A DNA stretch of 64,000 nt from Octopus vulgaris (lineage: Eukaryota), in contig OX597821.1 in assembly GCA_951406725.2 (NCBI GenBank), positions 99,262,001-99,326,000 on the forward strand, read 5' to 3'. Shown here piece by piece: positions 63,356 through 64,000 of the stretch (position 1 is the first letter of the stretch; each line of letters starts with the position of its first letter). Both the position numbers and the translations under genes were made by a program. Below the pieces are notes generated by a model that was not told the origin of the DNA, made no database searches, and saw nothing but the letters and a program-made list of their open reading frames with translations.

Positions 63356-64000
63356 ATGCGTGTCGTATATATGAGTATGTGTGTGTGTGTCTGTGTTTGT
63401 TTCCCCAACATTGCTTGACAACCAATGCTGGTGTGTTCACGCCCTGCCCCTAACTTAGTGGTTCAGCAAAAGAGACTGATAGAATAAGTACTAGGCTTAC
63501 AAAGAATAAGTCCTGGGGTCGATTTGCTCGACTAAAGGCGGTGCTCCAGCATGGCCGCAGTCAGATGACTGAAACAAGTAAAAGAGAGTAAAGAGTAAAA
63601 ATCAAATGTATTGAAATGAGGCTAACATGCTCTGCTGGATGGGTAATGCCAGTGTGCATGTATGACAGAGTGTAATGATTTAAGAGGAAAACTGGGTATA
63701 AGAGGCATCAGATATTGTGTGCAGGAGATAAGACTGCACTGGTTTGGTCATGTGATGCATATGGATGATGACAGTTGCATAAAGAATTGCCAAGCTCAAA
63801 TTGTGGAGGGTAGCTGTGGAATGGGTGAACCCAGGAAGACATGGGACAAAGTGGTGAGAAAAGATCTTTGGATGCTGAGTTTCACTGAGGAAATGGCAAG
63901 GGAGCAGGAGATGTGGAAATTTGCTGTATTTGATAAAATGCGTCAAACTAAGTAAAATTGATCTTCCACACATGCAGGTTTGTCCTTTCAGATGCCAGTG

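Overview
This is AT-rich, repeat-dense eukaryotic DNA, most likely from an octopus or other coleoid cephalopod. That assignment is inferred from the YHCDICGK-type C2H2 zinc-finger cluster and the SINE/LINE families; no search was run. Most ORFs in the supplied track are spurious readings of SINEs and microsatellites. Two host genes can be supported. (1) A minus-strand tandem C2H2 zinc-finger gene (14 intact fingers, 9248-10492) with decayed fingers on both sides and the 5' exon of a paralogue at the left edge. (2) A complete 8-coding-exon RCHY1/Pirh2 gene on the plus strand (22717-56581, 240 aa), assembled by hand with all splice phases consistent. The rest is transposon-derived: three tRNA-derived SINE families, RTE, CR1-like and L1/Tx1-like LINE pieces, Penelope-like elements (PLEs), a Helitron, and mariner, piggyBac and hAT remnants and MITEs. 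The most interesting signal is a set of PLE-derived, mostly fold-back elements that each carry a minimal type I hammerhead-ribozyme motif. Their cores show three versions of the 3:8 catalytic pair (C3-G8, U3-A8, G3-C8), and one element has a tRNA-like Pol III head. All alignments and folds were done by eye, so repeat boundaries are approximate.
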